From NCBI GenBank assembly GCA_964360965.1, contig CAYHYM010000005.1, positions 17,468-49,467 of the forward strand: a DNA stretch of 32,000 bases, given 5' to 3'. Below are positions 31,959 through 32,000 of the stretch, in pieces; position 1 is the stretch's first letter, and every line of letters begins with the position of its first letter. Position numbers and translations under genes: made by a program. Under the pieces are notes generated by a model. That model worked only from the letters and a program-made list of their open reading frames with translations. It made no database searches and was not told where the DNA came from. Source of the stretch: an uncultured Gammaproteobacteria bacterium. Lineage in GTDB: Bacteria > Patescibacteriota > Microgenomatia > Daviesbacterales > UBA10151.

Positions 31959-31988
31959 CGTTCAGTTCACTACGTTCATGAACGTGGC
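31955..31988 (+). repeat. 10-bp-stem hairpin/palindrome starting inside the 3' end of tRNA-Asp
   Basis: GCCACGTTCA (31955-31964) pairs with TGAACGTGGC (31979-31988). Inside it, ACGTTCATGAACGT (31972-31985) is a perfect 14-nt palindrome. ACGTTCA also occurs as a direct repeat at 31958-31964 and 31972-31978. Confidence 0.6.
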
Positions 31989-32000
31989 AGGCCTCATTTT

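Noticed and set aside
31744-31959. 71-aa minus-strand ORF (MAGPTGIEPA...)
   Set aside because: It is the reverse-strand translation of tRNA-Asp and its promoter region, a classic spurious tRNA-derived ORF.
1-32000. CRISPR arrays, cas genes, restriction-modification, toxin-antitoxin pairs, transposases, integrases, prophage genes, or a DGR (reverse transcriptase with TR/VR)
   Set aside because: I found no regularly spaced repeat array. No ORF in the track shows signatures of these families. The only exact repeats found are the 19-nt and 20-nt ones reported above.
1-32000. Alternative genetic code (UGA recoded, as in some CPR lineages)
   Set aside because: All conserved genes are intact under the standard code. 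TGA is used as a real stop, for example at the ftsL-like/ftsI TGATG junction.

Overview
The window looks like a chromosomal segment of a small, AT-rich bacterium that uses the standard genetic code. The gene content suggests a Patescibacteria/CPR-type organism. That is an inference from N-terminally short Mur ligases, a truncated MurB, a DUF4012 protein and very tight gene packing. The core is an almost uninterrupted plus-strand run: recO, glyQS, a hypothetical gene, mraZ, rsmH, ftsL-like, ftsI, murE, a murB fragment, murF, mraY, ftsW, murG, ftsQ, ftsA, ftsZ, ileS, rodA, rplU, rpmA and parB. Surface-glycan genes flank this run on both sides. On the left are a GT4 (cut by the window edge), an initiating phosphoglycosyl transferase and DUF4012. 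On the right are lepB, a Wzx-type flippase, a GT2-methyltransferase fusion, a second methyltransferase, an O-antigen-ligase/Wzy-family protein, an Ig-like anchored protein and a LysM protein. Four tRNA genes (Val-CAC, Gly-CCC, Thr-CGU, Asp-GUC) lie in the right part. I see no CRISPR array, transposase, integrase, phage gene, toxin-antitoxin pair or recognisable defence gene, and I cannot point to a convincing new multi-gene system. What stands out is small-scale. (1) Several GC-rich, hairpin-forming mini-elements lie in frame inside conserved genes (the O-antigen-ligase-like gene, rsmH, murE), in the mraZ leader and after tRNA-Asp. (2) A G-X-Y nonapeptide cassette with similar DNA sequence recurs in three unrelated enzymes. 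(3) A perfect 20-nt tandem duplication with a 22-nt period is the only thing keeping a methyltransferase gene in frame. (4) A 19-nt exact repeat brackets the 3' half of the GT2-methyltransferase fusion. (5) Four 10-bp-phased direct repeats upstream of mraZ look like an MraZ operator. (6) The dcw cluster has a C-terminally truncated MurB-like gene and lacks murC, murD and ddl. All coordinates and identity counts were read by eye, and nothing was searched against a database.
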